Notes under the pieces: model-generated
Database searches by the model: none
What the model saw: the letters and a program-made list of their open reading frames with translations, nothing else
What the model was told of the DNA's origin: nothing
Translations under genes and position numbers: made by a program
Assembly: GCA_963848295.1 (NCBI GenBank)
Contig: CAWKDB010000010.1
Location: 352,001-416,000 of the forward strand
DNA length: 64,000 bases
Direction of reading: 5' to 3'
From: an uncultured delta proteobacterium
Lineage (GTDB): Bacteria > Myxococcota_A > Polyangia > Haliangiales > Haliangiaceae
Shown here: positions 30,856-39,826 of the stretch, piece by piece
Layout: each line of letters opens with the position of its first letter
Numbering within the stretch: position 1 is the first letter of the stretch

Positions 30856-33764
30856 TTCAAGCCTCCGCGCAGCGCGGGCGACACGAGCTGGAGCGCCATC
30901 AGGCCCTTCGGGATCAACAGGCCGATCGTGCCGGACGTGCCGAGCGGGCCGCTGATGTTCACCGTGACCGGGATGTCGGCATCGTTGGTCAACGAGATCG
31001 CGATTCGCCCGTCGGGTTGGACGTTGACCGGTCCGCTGAGCGACACGCTGAGCGGCTTGGAGTGGATGTCGTGACTGGCCAGCGTGATATCGAGATCATG
31101 CGCGTCCATGTACAGCGAGAGCGCGAGCTTCATCTGCGGTGGCCCGCCGTTGCCGTCGATGATGTAGCCGAGGATCGGCCCGCCGCCGGCCGGCTCGCGA
31201 ATCCGCAGGACCGACAGCCCGGTGTCGTTGTCGAGCGTGAACAGGTCGTCGAGGATGCCGGCGCTGAGCTTGACCGACGTGCCGTACATGATCTGCGGCG
31301 TCACCGTCACGGGGATGCAGCTCGCGGCGTTCGAGCCGTCGGGCAGCGTGCAGTTCGTCGCGAGCGCGCCGAGCTCGACCGGGGTCGCGCCCGAGATGTA
31401 GATGCAGTTCTCGACCTGGGGTGTCGACGGCACGCAATCGGCGCCGTCGAAGCTCGCGTCGTCGATGATTCCGGACGTGCTGACGACGCGCAGCGCCGCC
31501 TGGTTCGCGGGCGACGGCAGCTCGCCGGCATCGACGAACGCCGAGCCGTTGATGTCGGTGTACGGGTTCGCGGTCGCGACCATGAACGTCGAGCCGCTCG
31601 ACGCGGTCGCGGTGAACGGGATGACGATGTTCGGCCCGCCGCCGTCGCCGGTGCCCGCGCCCGCGAGCGGGTCGAAGCTCGCTGCCGCGCCACTCGGGCC
31701 GCACACCTCGCCGCCCTGGCAGCTCGCGTTGTTGTTGTCCGAGACCAGCGTCAGCGTGTACGCCGAGCCGACGACCCACGGTTGGTCCGGCACGAACGTC
31801 ACGGTGCGATCGTGATGCTCGATCGTGCCGGGCACCGGCATGCACGTGCCGGCCGTATCGACTTGCTCGATGCGCACGCTGCCGGTGCCGCACGTCGCGC
31901 CATCGAGCGTGATCGACGGCGCGTTGACCGGCTGGGTCAAGCCGATCACGACCGGCTCGTCGGTCGCGATCGTGAACGGCCGGTAGAGGTCATCGCTGTT
32001 CTGGCCGCCCGAGCAACGCCCCGGGCTCGTCGCGTTGCCGGCGGTCAACGCGCACGGCACGCCGGGATTCAGGGCCGATGCGCTGAGCGGATACGCGGTC
32101 GAATCGAAGAACGGCATCGCGAGGGCGAGCGGGGTCGTGGTCGCGAGCGAATTGCCCGCGAGGTCGCGCACGTCCTTGAACTGGATCTCGTACGACTTCG
32201 AGTACGCGAGCGGCGCGAGTGGGCGCACGACGATCGCCGAGCCCGCGCTCTCGATCTCGGACGGAACCGCGATGCCGGTGCCGTCGTCGAGCTCGATGCC
32301 ACCTGCCCTCGCGCGCTCGAGATCGATCGGCTCGCTGAAGATCAGCTCGACGCCTTCGTCGGCGCGCAGCTCGTCCGGCGGCGACGGCTTGGTGTACGTC
32401 GGTGGCGTGGTGTCCGCGGCCGGCGTCACGCTGTCATCGGTGATCAGCTCGAGCACGAGGTTCGTCGGTGCGGTCGTGACGCCGAGCAAGCCGAGCTCCA
32501 TCGACGACACCGTCTCGATGTCAAGCACGCCGTCGGTCGCGGTCACGATACCGGCGGCCTGCAAGCCGAGCACGGTCTGCGCGAGCACCGCGTTGCCGGT
32601 CGGATCGATCGTGAACACCGCGACATCGAGCGTCAGATCGACGTAGAGCGGTGCGCGATCGTTCTCCGGCGATTGGTCGGCGGCTTGATTTGGATTGCGA
32701 TACATCCGGCCGCCACCGTCGGTGAGCAGCTCGATCTCGATGTTGCCGGTCGAGACGCCGAGCGGAATCTGCCCGCCGAGGCTGACGTCGAGCCCGCTGA
32801 TCTCGAGCCGCTGGCCTTTGCGCAGCGTGAACGCGATCGGCCCGCCGAGCGCCTTCGGATCCGACAGCTCGGTCGCGAGCACGCTCGGCAACAACGTCGA
32901 GGTCTGCGCCCCGATCAGCGGGCTCGACAGATCGATGGTGTTGGTCGGCCGCCCGTTGCGCGGCGCCGCGTTGCCCGGATCGCCGCTCTGGCGGGTGCGC
33001 AGGACCTCGGGGATCGGCCCGATCGACCCGCGGCTATCGACCGGCGCGATCGCGATCGACGTCGGCGCGATCGCCTGACCGCCGCGATCGACGATCGAGC
33101 TGCCGAGCTCGAGCGTGTACGTCTCGCCGGCGAGCAGATCGGCATCGGGATCGATCGCGACGTGGATGCCGTCGGTGAGGATGTCGGCCGGCACCTCAGT
33201 GCCCGACGGATCCAGCAACTCGAACGCGCCGGGTGCGAGCACGACGGTGCGCGGGTCGAGCGGCTCGGAGAACAGTAGCTGGAGCGTCGAGCTCTCGATG
33301 ATCGGCCGATACGTGCCCGGGCTCGACGGCGCCGAGCCATTGACCGCCACGAGCGCCGGTGCCGCCGCGCGGGGTCGTGTCGTCCGGGTCGTGAACGTCG
33401 CGACCGTGCCGCCCGCCGGCACGTTCTGCGCCGCCGGATCGAGCGTCGCTTGAACGACGAGGCTGTACTGCGTGCCCGGCGCGAACGGCGCGCTGTCGAC
33501 CTCGACCGTCTTGCCATCCATCGACACCGTCGGGGTGATCGCGAGCGGCCCGTTCGGCCCGGTGATCGCGAACGACGACGCGAGCGCGCTCGCGTCGACC
33601 GCCTCGGAGAACGTGACGACGACGCGCGTCCCGACCGGGACGTCGAGCTCGCCGTTGACCGGATATGAGAAGACCACACCGGGGGCCGCGTTCTCGAGCG
33701 GAGCCACGGGACTCGAGCAACCGACGATCGCGAGTGCGATCGCGCCAGCGACGGATCGCGCCAT
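30852..33764 (-). CDS. Large Ig-like (Big_5) domain lipoprotein, AupB-like
   Basis: Lipobox AIVGC; repeated P..G..VP...VVTFSE Ig-like modules. Confidence 0.8.
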   Translation of the reverse strand: MARSVAGAIALAIVGCSSPVAPLENAAPGVVFSYPVNGELDVPVGTRVVVTFSEAVDASALASSFAITGPNGPLAITPTVSMDGKTVEVDSAPFAPGTQYSLVVQATLDPAAQNVPAGGTVATFTTRTTRPRAAAPALVAVNGSAPSSPGTYRPIIESSTLQLLFSEPLDPRTVVLAPGAFELLDPSGTEVPADILTDGIHVAIDPDADLLAGETYTLELGSSIVDRGGQAIAPTSIAIAPVDSRGSIGPIPEVLRTRQSGDPGNAAPRNGRPTNTIDLSSPLIGAQTSTLLPSVLATELSDPKALGGPIAFTLRKGQRLEISGLDVSLGGQIPLGVSTGNIEIELLTDGGGRMYRNPNQAADQSPENDRAPLYVDLTLDVAVFTIDPTGNAVLAQTVLGLQAAGIVTATDGVLDIETVSSMELGLLGVTTAPTNLVLELITDDSVTPAADTTPPTYTKPSPPDELRADEGVELIFSEPIDLERARAGGIELDDGTGIAVPSEIESAGSAIVVRPLAPLAYSKSYEIQFKDVRDLAGNSLATTTPLALAMPFFDSTAYPLSASALNPGVPCALTAGNATSPGRCSGGQNSDDLYRPFTIATDEPVVIGLTQPVNAPSITLDGATCGTGSVRIEQVDTAGTCMPVPGTIEHHDRTVTFVPDQPWVVGSAYTLTLVSDNNNASCQGGEVCGPSGAAASFDPLAGAGTGDGGGPNIVIPFTATASSGSTFMVATANPYTDINGSAFVDAGELPSPANQAALRVVSTSGIIDDASFDGADCVPSTPQVENCIYISGATPVELGALATNCTLPDGSNAASCIPVTVTPQIMYGTSVKLSAGILDDLFTLDNDTGLSVLRIREPAGGGPILGYIIDGNGGPPQMKLALSLYMDAHDLDITLASHDIHSKPLSVSLSGPVNVQPDGRIAISLTNDADIPVTVNISGPLGTSGTIGLLIPKGLMALQLVSPALRGGLK

Positions 33765-33853
33765 TCCCTAACCGTATCAAGGCCGTGCGACCGGAGATAG
33801 CGCTTCTCGCACGTCTGTGACTCGCCGCACCGCGCCGAGCTCAACGCGTGCTC

Positions 33854-36165
33854 CAGACTTCGGGACGCTGATCTCATTGGAGTTGGGTTTCGAAGCGTAG
33901 GGGAAGGCGCTTGTGATCACTCGGCAGGATCAGGCCGCGCTGGGTAAGATGACCGAGCAGATGATGAATCGCGTCGAGCTCGGATCGATTGGCTGCGGGC
34001 GCGAGGCGGACGATGATGGCGTGTTCGGTGATTGCCACCTTTGCCGGCGCGGCGAACAGGTTCGCGACGAGCTTCTTCGCCTCTCGGGGCCGGCTCATGT
34101 GCGGTGCGGCGATCGCGGCCAGCTCGGACTCGGCGTTGGCGCAGACGACGCGGATGACGTCGATGACAGTCTTGAGCTTGCCCGTGTGGCGGACGAGCTT
34201 GCCGGCGAGCTCGGTCTCTTCGACGGCGGCGTGCTTCGGAAACAGCGGGCGGAGCGCCTCGAGCTGCCGCTGCCATTCGAGCGACTCTGCGAGCTCGCGT
34301 TCGACACGCTCGCGTCGCTTGTCGTCCGCGGCCAGCCGCGCCAGCTCGCGGCGTGCGTCGCCCTCGGCGGTGCGCCAGACCCGCAGCGCGCGCTCGAGCT
34401 TTCGACGTGCCGGGTTCGGGATGATCGTCCCGGGTGGATACGGTTCGACGCGCCGGCCGTCGAGCTGGTTGATGCCCCAGCGCTCGACCCCGTGCTTGAA
34501 GCCGTTCTCCTGGCGCCAGCGGAGCCACAGGATCTCGACGAGCCGCTCCGCGGGCAGCTTCGAGGCGGCGAGCAAGCTCACCTGTCGACCATCTTCGGTG
34601 CAGACCATGATGCGACGAAGGCGCCCGCGACCCTCGCCGAGATTTCGCAATCGGCTCTCGTGCAGCCCGACCTGTTCGCCCGCGATCGTCGCCGCTGTAA
34701 ACGCCGTCGCCGGCAGCTCGGCGTAGGGCTTTCGCTCGTACGTGACGAAGTCGAAGTGGGCCTCGCGCAGCGCCGCGAGTTGCGCGGCAAACGCACCACC
34801 GCGATCGAAGGCGAGCAGGATCGTCTCGTCGGGGCCGAGCGCTTTGCGCAGGCGCTGGCCCAGGGGCAGCAGCCACTCGGTCAGGTGATCGTGCGACGGC
34901 ACCGGCACGCGAAACATCGGCCGGCCGTCCTCGTCGTGGACGTAGTAGTCGGTCGTCCCGGGCAGCACGCGCTTGGCCTGCATCCGCCAGCCCTTTCGCA
35001 CGACATGCTTGCCCGTATACGGCCGTAGATGGTTGTCGACGTAGAAGATCGCCGGGGCGCCGTCGCTCGCTGCGGTTGCGATCAGCCGCTCGGCCATCCG
35101 TGCCTCCAGCGCGGCGCCGGCGTCGGTCTGTGCGAGCAATCGACCGAGGATCTTGCGGACCCCGCTGGCCGTGGGCACGCGCTCGGCGCGCAGCAGCGTC
35201 GCGCCGGTCGGTGTCGCGAGTCGGCGCACACCCTCGACGACGAATTGCTTGAGCGCGAGCGCACAGATCACCGCGTCGAGCGCGATCCGCAGCCCATCGG
35301 GATGCCGGCCCTCGAACGCGCGCTGCGCCTCTTCGTGCAGCCCCATCTCGCCGGCAAGCGCGAGCAAGATCCAGCAGCCGGCGTGCTGCACGAGCTTTCC
35401 GCCGCGGACCGGCTGCGCCGTCATCGGCACCTGATCCTTGTCGTCGAATTCGTCGGCCGTGACCGGATCGTCGCCGAGGTCGACATCGCGATCCGGTCCG
35501 GCGATCAGCAGTGCGAGCTGCCCGGCGATCGCGGTCGGCGCGGCCTGCCGTGCCGCCTCGACAGGGCTCCCGGCGGCGCGCTCACGACGCCAGTCGTCCC
35601 AAACGCGCCACACCGTCGAATACACGAGGCGCTGTTTGCGCGGCTGTTCGCGGTGCGCGTCGATCGGCATTCGCCCCGCGTCGAACATCGCGTACCAAAC
35701 AGTTCGCAACTCCCGCGTTACCTTCGTAACTCCTCCGCGTCGCGGTCCCAGCACCGCAGCAAACCCCGCGGCTTCTTCCTTCCGCCGCAGGCGCCGCAAA
35801 TGTTCGTCCGTGATCCCGAATGCTGTTGCCAGTCGCCCGAGGTGGAACTGATCGGTTTTCGCGAGCGTCACTGCCAGTACGTTGCGAGGGCCGCGGTCAT
35901 CGTCGTCCAGATCGAACCCGCCGATCAGCGTCCCGCCGATGTACACGCTCGCGATCGTGTCCCGGACGATCACCACCCCGTCCGACGAGAAACGCCGGAT
36001 TTCGTGGGCGGGCTTTGGCGACGGCTCAGGCAAGGCGAGGTCGAGAGCTTCCATCGTTGCCAAGACAACCGCCAGCGATCCGAAATTCCCACAATCCATC
36101 GATCTAATCGAATTCTCGTAAACCCGCGTCATTCGATCAGTTCACGAAATGCGGCCCGAACTCTG
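33854..36165 (-). mobile_element. Insertion sequence of an uncharacterised DDE family, apparently intact
   Basis: IRs CAGACTTCGGGACGC / CAGAGTTCGGGCCGC (13/15); flanking direct repeat GTGCTC at 33848-33853 and 36166-36171. Confidence 0.88.
33874..36054 (-). CDS. Putative DDE transposase (Transposase_29-like) with N-terminal HTH
   Basis: FYVDNH.RPYTG, LAFDRGG, RWRQENGFK (IS4-superfamily-like D/D/E signature); start ATG 36054 or 36132. Confidence 0.85.
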   Translation of the reverse strand: MEALDLALPEPSPKPAHEIRRFSSDGVVIVRDTIASVYIGGTLIGGFDLDDDDRGPRNVLAVTLAKTDQFHLGRLATAFGITDEHLRRLRRKEEAAGFAAVLGPRRGGVTKVTRELRTVWYAMFDAGRMPIDAHREQPRKQRLVYSTVWRVWDDWRRERAAGSPVEAARQAAPTAIAGQLALLIAGPDRDVDLGDDPVTADEFDDKDQVPMTAQPVRGGKLVQHAGCWILLALAGEMGLHEEAQRAFEGRHPDGLRIALDAVICALALKQFVVEGVRRLATPTGATLLRAERVPTASGVRKILGRLLAQTDAGAALEARMAERLIATAASDGAPAIFYVDNHLRPYTGKHVVRKGWRMQAKRVLPGTTDYYVHDEDGRPMFRVPVPSHDHLTEWLLPLGQRLRKALGPDETILLAFDRGGAFAAQLAALREAHFDFVTYERKPYAELPATAFTAATIAGEQVGLHESRLRNLGEGRGRLRRIMVCTEDGRQVSLLAASKLPAERLVEILWLRWRQENGFKHGVERWGINQLDGRRVEPYPPGTIIPNPARRKLERALRVWRTAEGDARRELARLAADDKRRERVERELAESLEWQRQLEALRPLFPKHAAVEETELAGKLVRHTGKLKTVIDVIRVVCANAESELAAIAAPHMSRPREAKKLVANLFAAPAKVAITEHAIIVRLAPAANRSELDAIHHLLGHLTQRGLILPSDHKRLPLRFETQLQ

Positions 36166-36907
36166 GTGCTCTCTTTGACCGCGATCGTGACCTCGGCCCG
36201 ATCGGAGGTCCCCTTGGTTTGGCGCCAGCCCACCTCGACGATGTCGAACCTGCCCGTCGCCTCGAGCGCGTGCTGCGTCTGCCGGATCGCGGCGTCGCTG
36301 TACACCTGGCCCGGCGCGACCACGCTCTTTCGGCGAATCTCCGCTTCGGACACCCTCCAGTTGCCGATGACCTTCACGCTGTCGACCGTCACTCGCGGAC
36401 CGCGCGTGATCTGGAAGAGCAGATCGACGTAGGTCAGGTGCTCGGCGGTGCCCTGCATCTGCGAGATGTCGACCATCCCGTAACCGGCGTTGCCGTAGCA
36501 CTCGCGGACGCGCGCTAGGTCACGCGCGATATCTTGCGACGACAACCGATAGCGAGCTCGCTCCTCGATCGTGAGGACGTCGCCGTCGACCGTCACGCTG
36601 GAGTCAGCGAAGCCGAGGCGCATGTAGAGCTCGCGCACCGCTCTTTCTGCGAGCTCGGCATCGGTCAGCGGCTCGATGCAGTCGGAAACGCACACCAAGC
36701 ATGCTTGGCACACCGCGAGATCGCGCTCCGGCGCCGGATCCTGCTTGTGCTCGCGACTGCGTGTTGCAGCTCGGCGAGAGTGAGCGACCGATTGCCGGGG
36801 ACCTCGAGCGTCTGCCCGTGGGCGAGGTGGAGCACCGGCGGAACGCCCGCGCGGGCCAACGCGGCGACGGCGACGAACCCGATCAGCGTGGCGGCGGCTA
36901 GTCTCAC
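36129..36907 (-). pseudogene. POTRA-domain secreted protein split by a frameshift; 3' end altered by the IS
   Basis: Signal peptide and VPGNRSL in 36665-36907; POTRA motifs YGNAGY and VKVIGNWRVSEAEIRR..LEATGRF..VTIAVKE in 36129-36713. Confidence 0.65.
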
Positions 36908-37004
36908 CTACGAGATCCGGACGGCGTCGGCCCCGTGCAAGTCACATCGCGGACAGCCTCTTGTGATCGGCGGCGGGCTATGGCATTCACTCGGGGCCCG
37001 AAAA

Positions 37005-37086
37005 GCGATCGTGGCGGAATTGGTAGACGCGCTGGTCTCAGGTGCCAGTACTTCACAGTGTGGGGGTTCGAGTCCCCCCGATCGCA
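37005..37086 (+). tRNA. trnL: tRNA-Leu (CAG)
   Basis: GCGATCG acceptor stem, TGGCGGAATTGGTAGAC D-arm, CTGGT-CT-CAG-GT-GCCAG anticodon arm, variable arm, GGTTCGAGTCC; CCA not encoded. Confidence 0.97.
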
Positions 37087-37090
37087 CTAC

Positions 37091-38275
37091 CTAAGCCGCG
37101 GTGCTCACTAGGTTCTCACTACTGGTGCTCTCGGTTTTTGTCAGGCTTTTGCCACGAGCCCCCATCATCGCGAGCACGCGCGCGTCCGGATCGCGCTGCG
37201 CTTCGCCCGCCTCGCGGACTGCTTCCGGAAGCTCGCGACCGTGCGCTTCCGCGACGTGGACGTAGATCATCGTCTCGTCGATCCGCTTGTGGCCCATCCA
37301 CGACTGCAGCCGCCACGGGTTCACGCCGAACAGCGCGGCGTGGGTTCCGAACGAATGCCGCAGTGTGTGCCAGTACCGAACGGGCAAGCCGGCGCGCCTG
37401 CAGATGCGCCGAATCGCGACATCCGCTTGCTCGTCGGTCTTCGCCGTGCCGTCGCCGTTGCGCACGACGAGTCCTTCACGAATGACGGCCATCCGCTTGA
37501 GCGAATCGTAGAGCGCGGTGGTGATCGGCACGGTCCGCCGGGTACGGCCCTTCGGCGTCGTGGTCTCTCCGTTGCGCGTCTGGAAGTTGATCGTGATCGT
37601 CTTCGCGATCATGTCCACGTCCTCGCGCCACCGCAGAGCTTTGACCTCGCCGACCCGTAGCCCTGCCTCACCGGCAAGGCACACCGCCGCGTACCACTCG
37701 TCGCCCTCGACCTTCGCCGCTGCGAGAATGCGCGCGTACTGCGCGAAGTCCCACGCAACGATCTCCGGTCGCTCGACCTTGAACAGCCCCACTTTCGGCG
37801 CCTTCACCAACACCTCGCAGTCGACCGCGTACTTCAGCGGCTTGAACAGCACTGCGAGGATGTTGTTGATGCGCTTGTCGCAGAGCTTGCCGCCGGCGAC
37901 GAGATCGGCGCGAAACCGCGCGATCTCACCGACGGTGATCTCGTCGAGCGGCATCTTCCCGAACCGCGGCTCCAGATGCAGGTCGTAGATGATGTTCTTC
38001 GAACGGACTTCGGTCGGCTTGTTCTTGCGACCGATCACCCACTCGTTCCAAAAGCGGCCCTTGAACCATCCCGCAAACGTGATGACCTCCCTTTTCATCG
38101 GCGTGCGCTCGGGATGCAGGACTCGCTCGATATGCTCGAGCATCGCCTGCTGCGCCGCCGTCTTGATGTTGATGTGCTTCGGCGCGCAACCGCTAATTCG
38201 CTCGCGCGTCCCGTCGGGCTTGTGCACTGTCTCGCGATAGCGCCAGCGCCCATCTTTTCCACGTCGAACCGGCAT
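37091..38275 (-). CDS. int: Tyrosine recombinase/integrase
   Basis: GLRVGE (R), TPKG (K), HTLRHS (HxxR), MGH, TMIY (Y); N-terminal arm-binding-like region. Confidence 0.95.
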   Translation of the reverse strand: MPVRRGKDGRWRYRETVHKPDGTRERISGCAPKHINIKTAAQQAMLEHIERVLHPERTPMKREVITFAGWFKGRFWNEWVIGRKNKPTEVRSKNIIYDLHLEPRFGKMPLDEITVGEIARFRADLVAGGKLCDKRINNILAVLFKPLKYAVDCEVLVKAPKVGLFKVERPEIVAWDFAQYARILAAAKVEGDEWYAAVCLAGEAGLRVGEVKALRWREDVDMIAKTITINFQTRNGETTTPKGRTRRTVPITTALYDSLKRMAVIREGLVVRNGDGTAKTDEQADVAIRRICRRAGLPVRYWHTLRHSFGTHAALFGVNPWRLQSWMGHKRIDETMIYVHVAEAHGRELPEAVREAGEAQRDPDARVLAMMGARGKSLTKTESTSSENLVSTAA

Positions 38276-38276
38276 G

Positions 38277-38657
38277 TCAGCCTTTCCGAATCAACGTGGC
38301 CTTGCATGACGTATCCAACCATGACACGAGCGCACCCCGTCGAAACAAGACGCGTTTCCCTAAGCGTTGATGAGGGATCACGCCGCGGCCGGCGTAGTCA
38401 TAGACCGTGTTGCGATCGACGCCGAGGAATGCGGCGACCTCGTCGGCGGTCATGACTTCTTTGTTGGCGTCGGTGACGGTGAGCGGCCGGAGTGTGGGCG
38501 CCGCGGCGTTCGCTTCGAGCTGGTTCTTGAGGAACGCGACGAAGCTGGTTAGCGAGCCGATCGCGATCCGCCGCATCAGATCGCGGCTCGTGCGTCCGTC
38601 GATCGTGATGACGCGGCGCTCGTCGTCAGCTGTGACCAATGCGAGCTTCGCGCTCAC
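38277..38657 (-). CDS. xis: Excisionase-like HTH_17 protein
   Basis: VMTADEVAAFLGVDRNTVY...IPHQRLGKRVLF; ends 1 nt before int. Confidence 0.88.
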   Translation of the reverse strand: MSAKLALVTADDERRVITIDGRTSRDLMRRIAIGSLTSFVAFLKNQLEANAAAPTLRPLTVTDANKEVMTADEVAAFLGVDRNTVYDYAGRGVIPHQRLGKRVLFRRGALVSWLDTSCKATLIRKG

Positions 38658-39652
38658 GACGCGAGTCCTCTCTCGATCTCGTCGATATTGGCGCGCAGCC
38701 AGACGACGGAATCGGGGACCGACATCGATACGAATTGGGCGATAATCTTCGAGATCTCAGGATCCGTGGCGTACTTCATCAGCGCCGGCGCGAGCTTCAT
38801 CAGCCGGTCCCGTTCGGCAGGCTCTAGCAGCTCGTTGATCGCCGTTGCCTTACCGATAAGTGCTTGGCGCATCGCGACCGGGTCGACGGCCAAGTCGGGT
38901 GCGGCCGGAGCCAGGGTCGAGGCTTTCTCATCGTGCTTCCGAGCAGCGCGTCGCCAGTCCAACATGTCAGAGGGCTGCCACTTCGTCGTCGGCTCACCGG
39001 CGGGCTTGGTGCCGCCCATCATTGAAGCGACGAGCTGCTGCACGACCATCCCGACGATCGGCTGAATCGTCTCGATCCAACCCGTTTTTGTCCTCGAGAC
39101 GTCGTCGTCTTCATCGTCGTTCGATGCCGGCTCTTCGCTCGGCGCTGGCAGCTGAAGCGTTGGCGCGTTGCGAAAGAACCCGCGCGCGGAGCTGATCGAC
39201 TTGATCCACTCCGCCTGCGACTCTGCGACGGCGCGCATTGCCTCCGCGTTCGTGCGAGCTATGTGGGCGACCGCTTCGAGCGCATACCGGAGGTCGCTGC
39301 TCGTCGACGATCCGCGTGCCGGCACGAGCAACGCATCCGGCTCCGATGCGTTGCGATATTCGCGCGAGGTCTCGACCGTCGTGACGTACTCGATCACGTT
39401 GCCGACGTCGTCGAGCGCATAGATACGATAGGTATCTGCGCCGCAGCTGTCGGCGAGCTCGTCGACAGTCGTATCGAGCGGGAACCGAGCCGGCTGCTTG
39501 TCGGGACCGTTGATCGTCCGCGGCCGGCCTTTCGTGTTCCGCGAGATGCGCCAGGCGCAGGTGCCTGCCGGAACCTCGACGAGGTTGCCCTGCGCGTCGC
39601 GGGCGAGTGGTGGATGTTCGTTCGGAGTCGCTGCGGTGTTCGTTGCCTTCAT
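38654..39652 (-). CDS. Hypothetical protein heading the xis-int operon
   Basis: 332-aa ORF with GTGA overlap into xis; no family recognised. Confidence 0.85.
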   Translation of the reverse strand: MKATNTAATPNEHPPLARDAQGNLVEVPAGTCAWRISRNTKGRPRTINGPDKQPARFPLDTTVDELADSCGADTYRIYALDDVGNVIEYVTTVETSREYRNASEPDALLVPARGSSTSSDLRYALEAVAHIARTNAEAMRAVAESQAEWIKSISSARGFFRNAPTLQLPAPSEEPASNDDEDDDVSRTKTGWIETIQPIVGMVVQQLVASMMGGTKPAGEPTTKWQPSDMLDWRRAARKHDEKASTLAPAAPDLAVDPVAMRQALIGKATAINELLEPAERDRLMKLAPALMKYATDPEISKIIAQFVSMSVPDSVVWLRANIDEIERGLAS

Positions 39653-39701
39653 GCTTCTAGGCTAGCGATCGACTGGGCAACGCTTGCCGATCCGCGAGAT
39701 C

Positions 39702-39784
39702 CCGGCGATAAAGCCTTCGTGGAACCTTCGTTGAAAGCTTCGCGAAACCCTTCCGGGAAGCGTTCGTGAAACGTTTCTCGCCGG
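39702..39784. repeat. Array of six GAA-N2-4-TTC palindromic units inside a CCGGCGA/TCGCCGG inverted repeat
   Basis: AAAGCCTTC, GAACCTTC, GAAAGCTTC, GAAACCCTTC, GAAGCGTTC, GAAACGTTTC at roughly 11-13 nt period. Confidence 0.7.
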
Positions 39785-39826
39785 CATCCGTCCCCGCTTT
39801 CGAGGGCCATTTCACCGAGAATCGCG

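Noticed and set aside
37087..37140. attP inside the integrase 3' end, as in phage Mx8
   Set aside because: The integrase stops at 37091, before the tRNA; no overlap can be shown without attR
39702..39784. Possible CRISPR or mini-array next to WYL
   Set aside because: Units are 8-13 nt and degenerate with no spacers; no cas genes in the window
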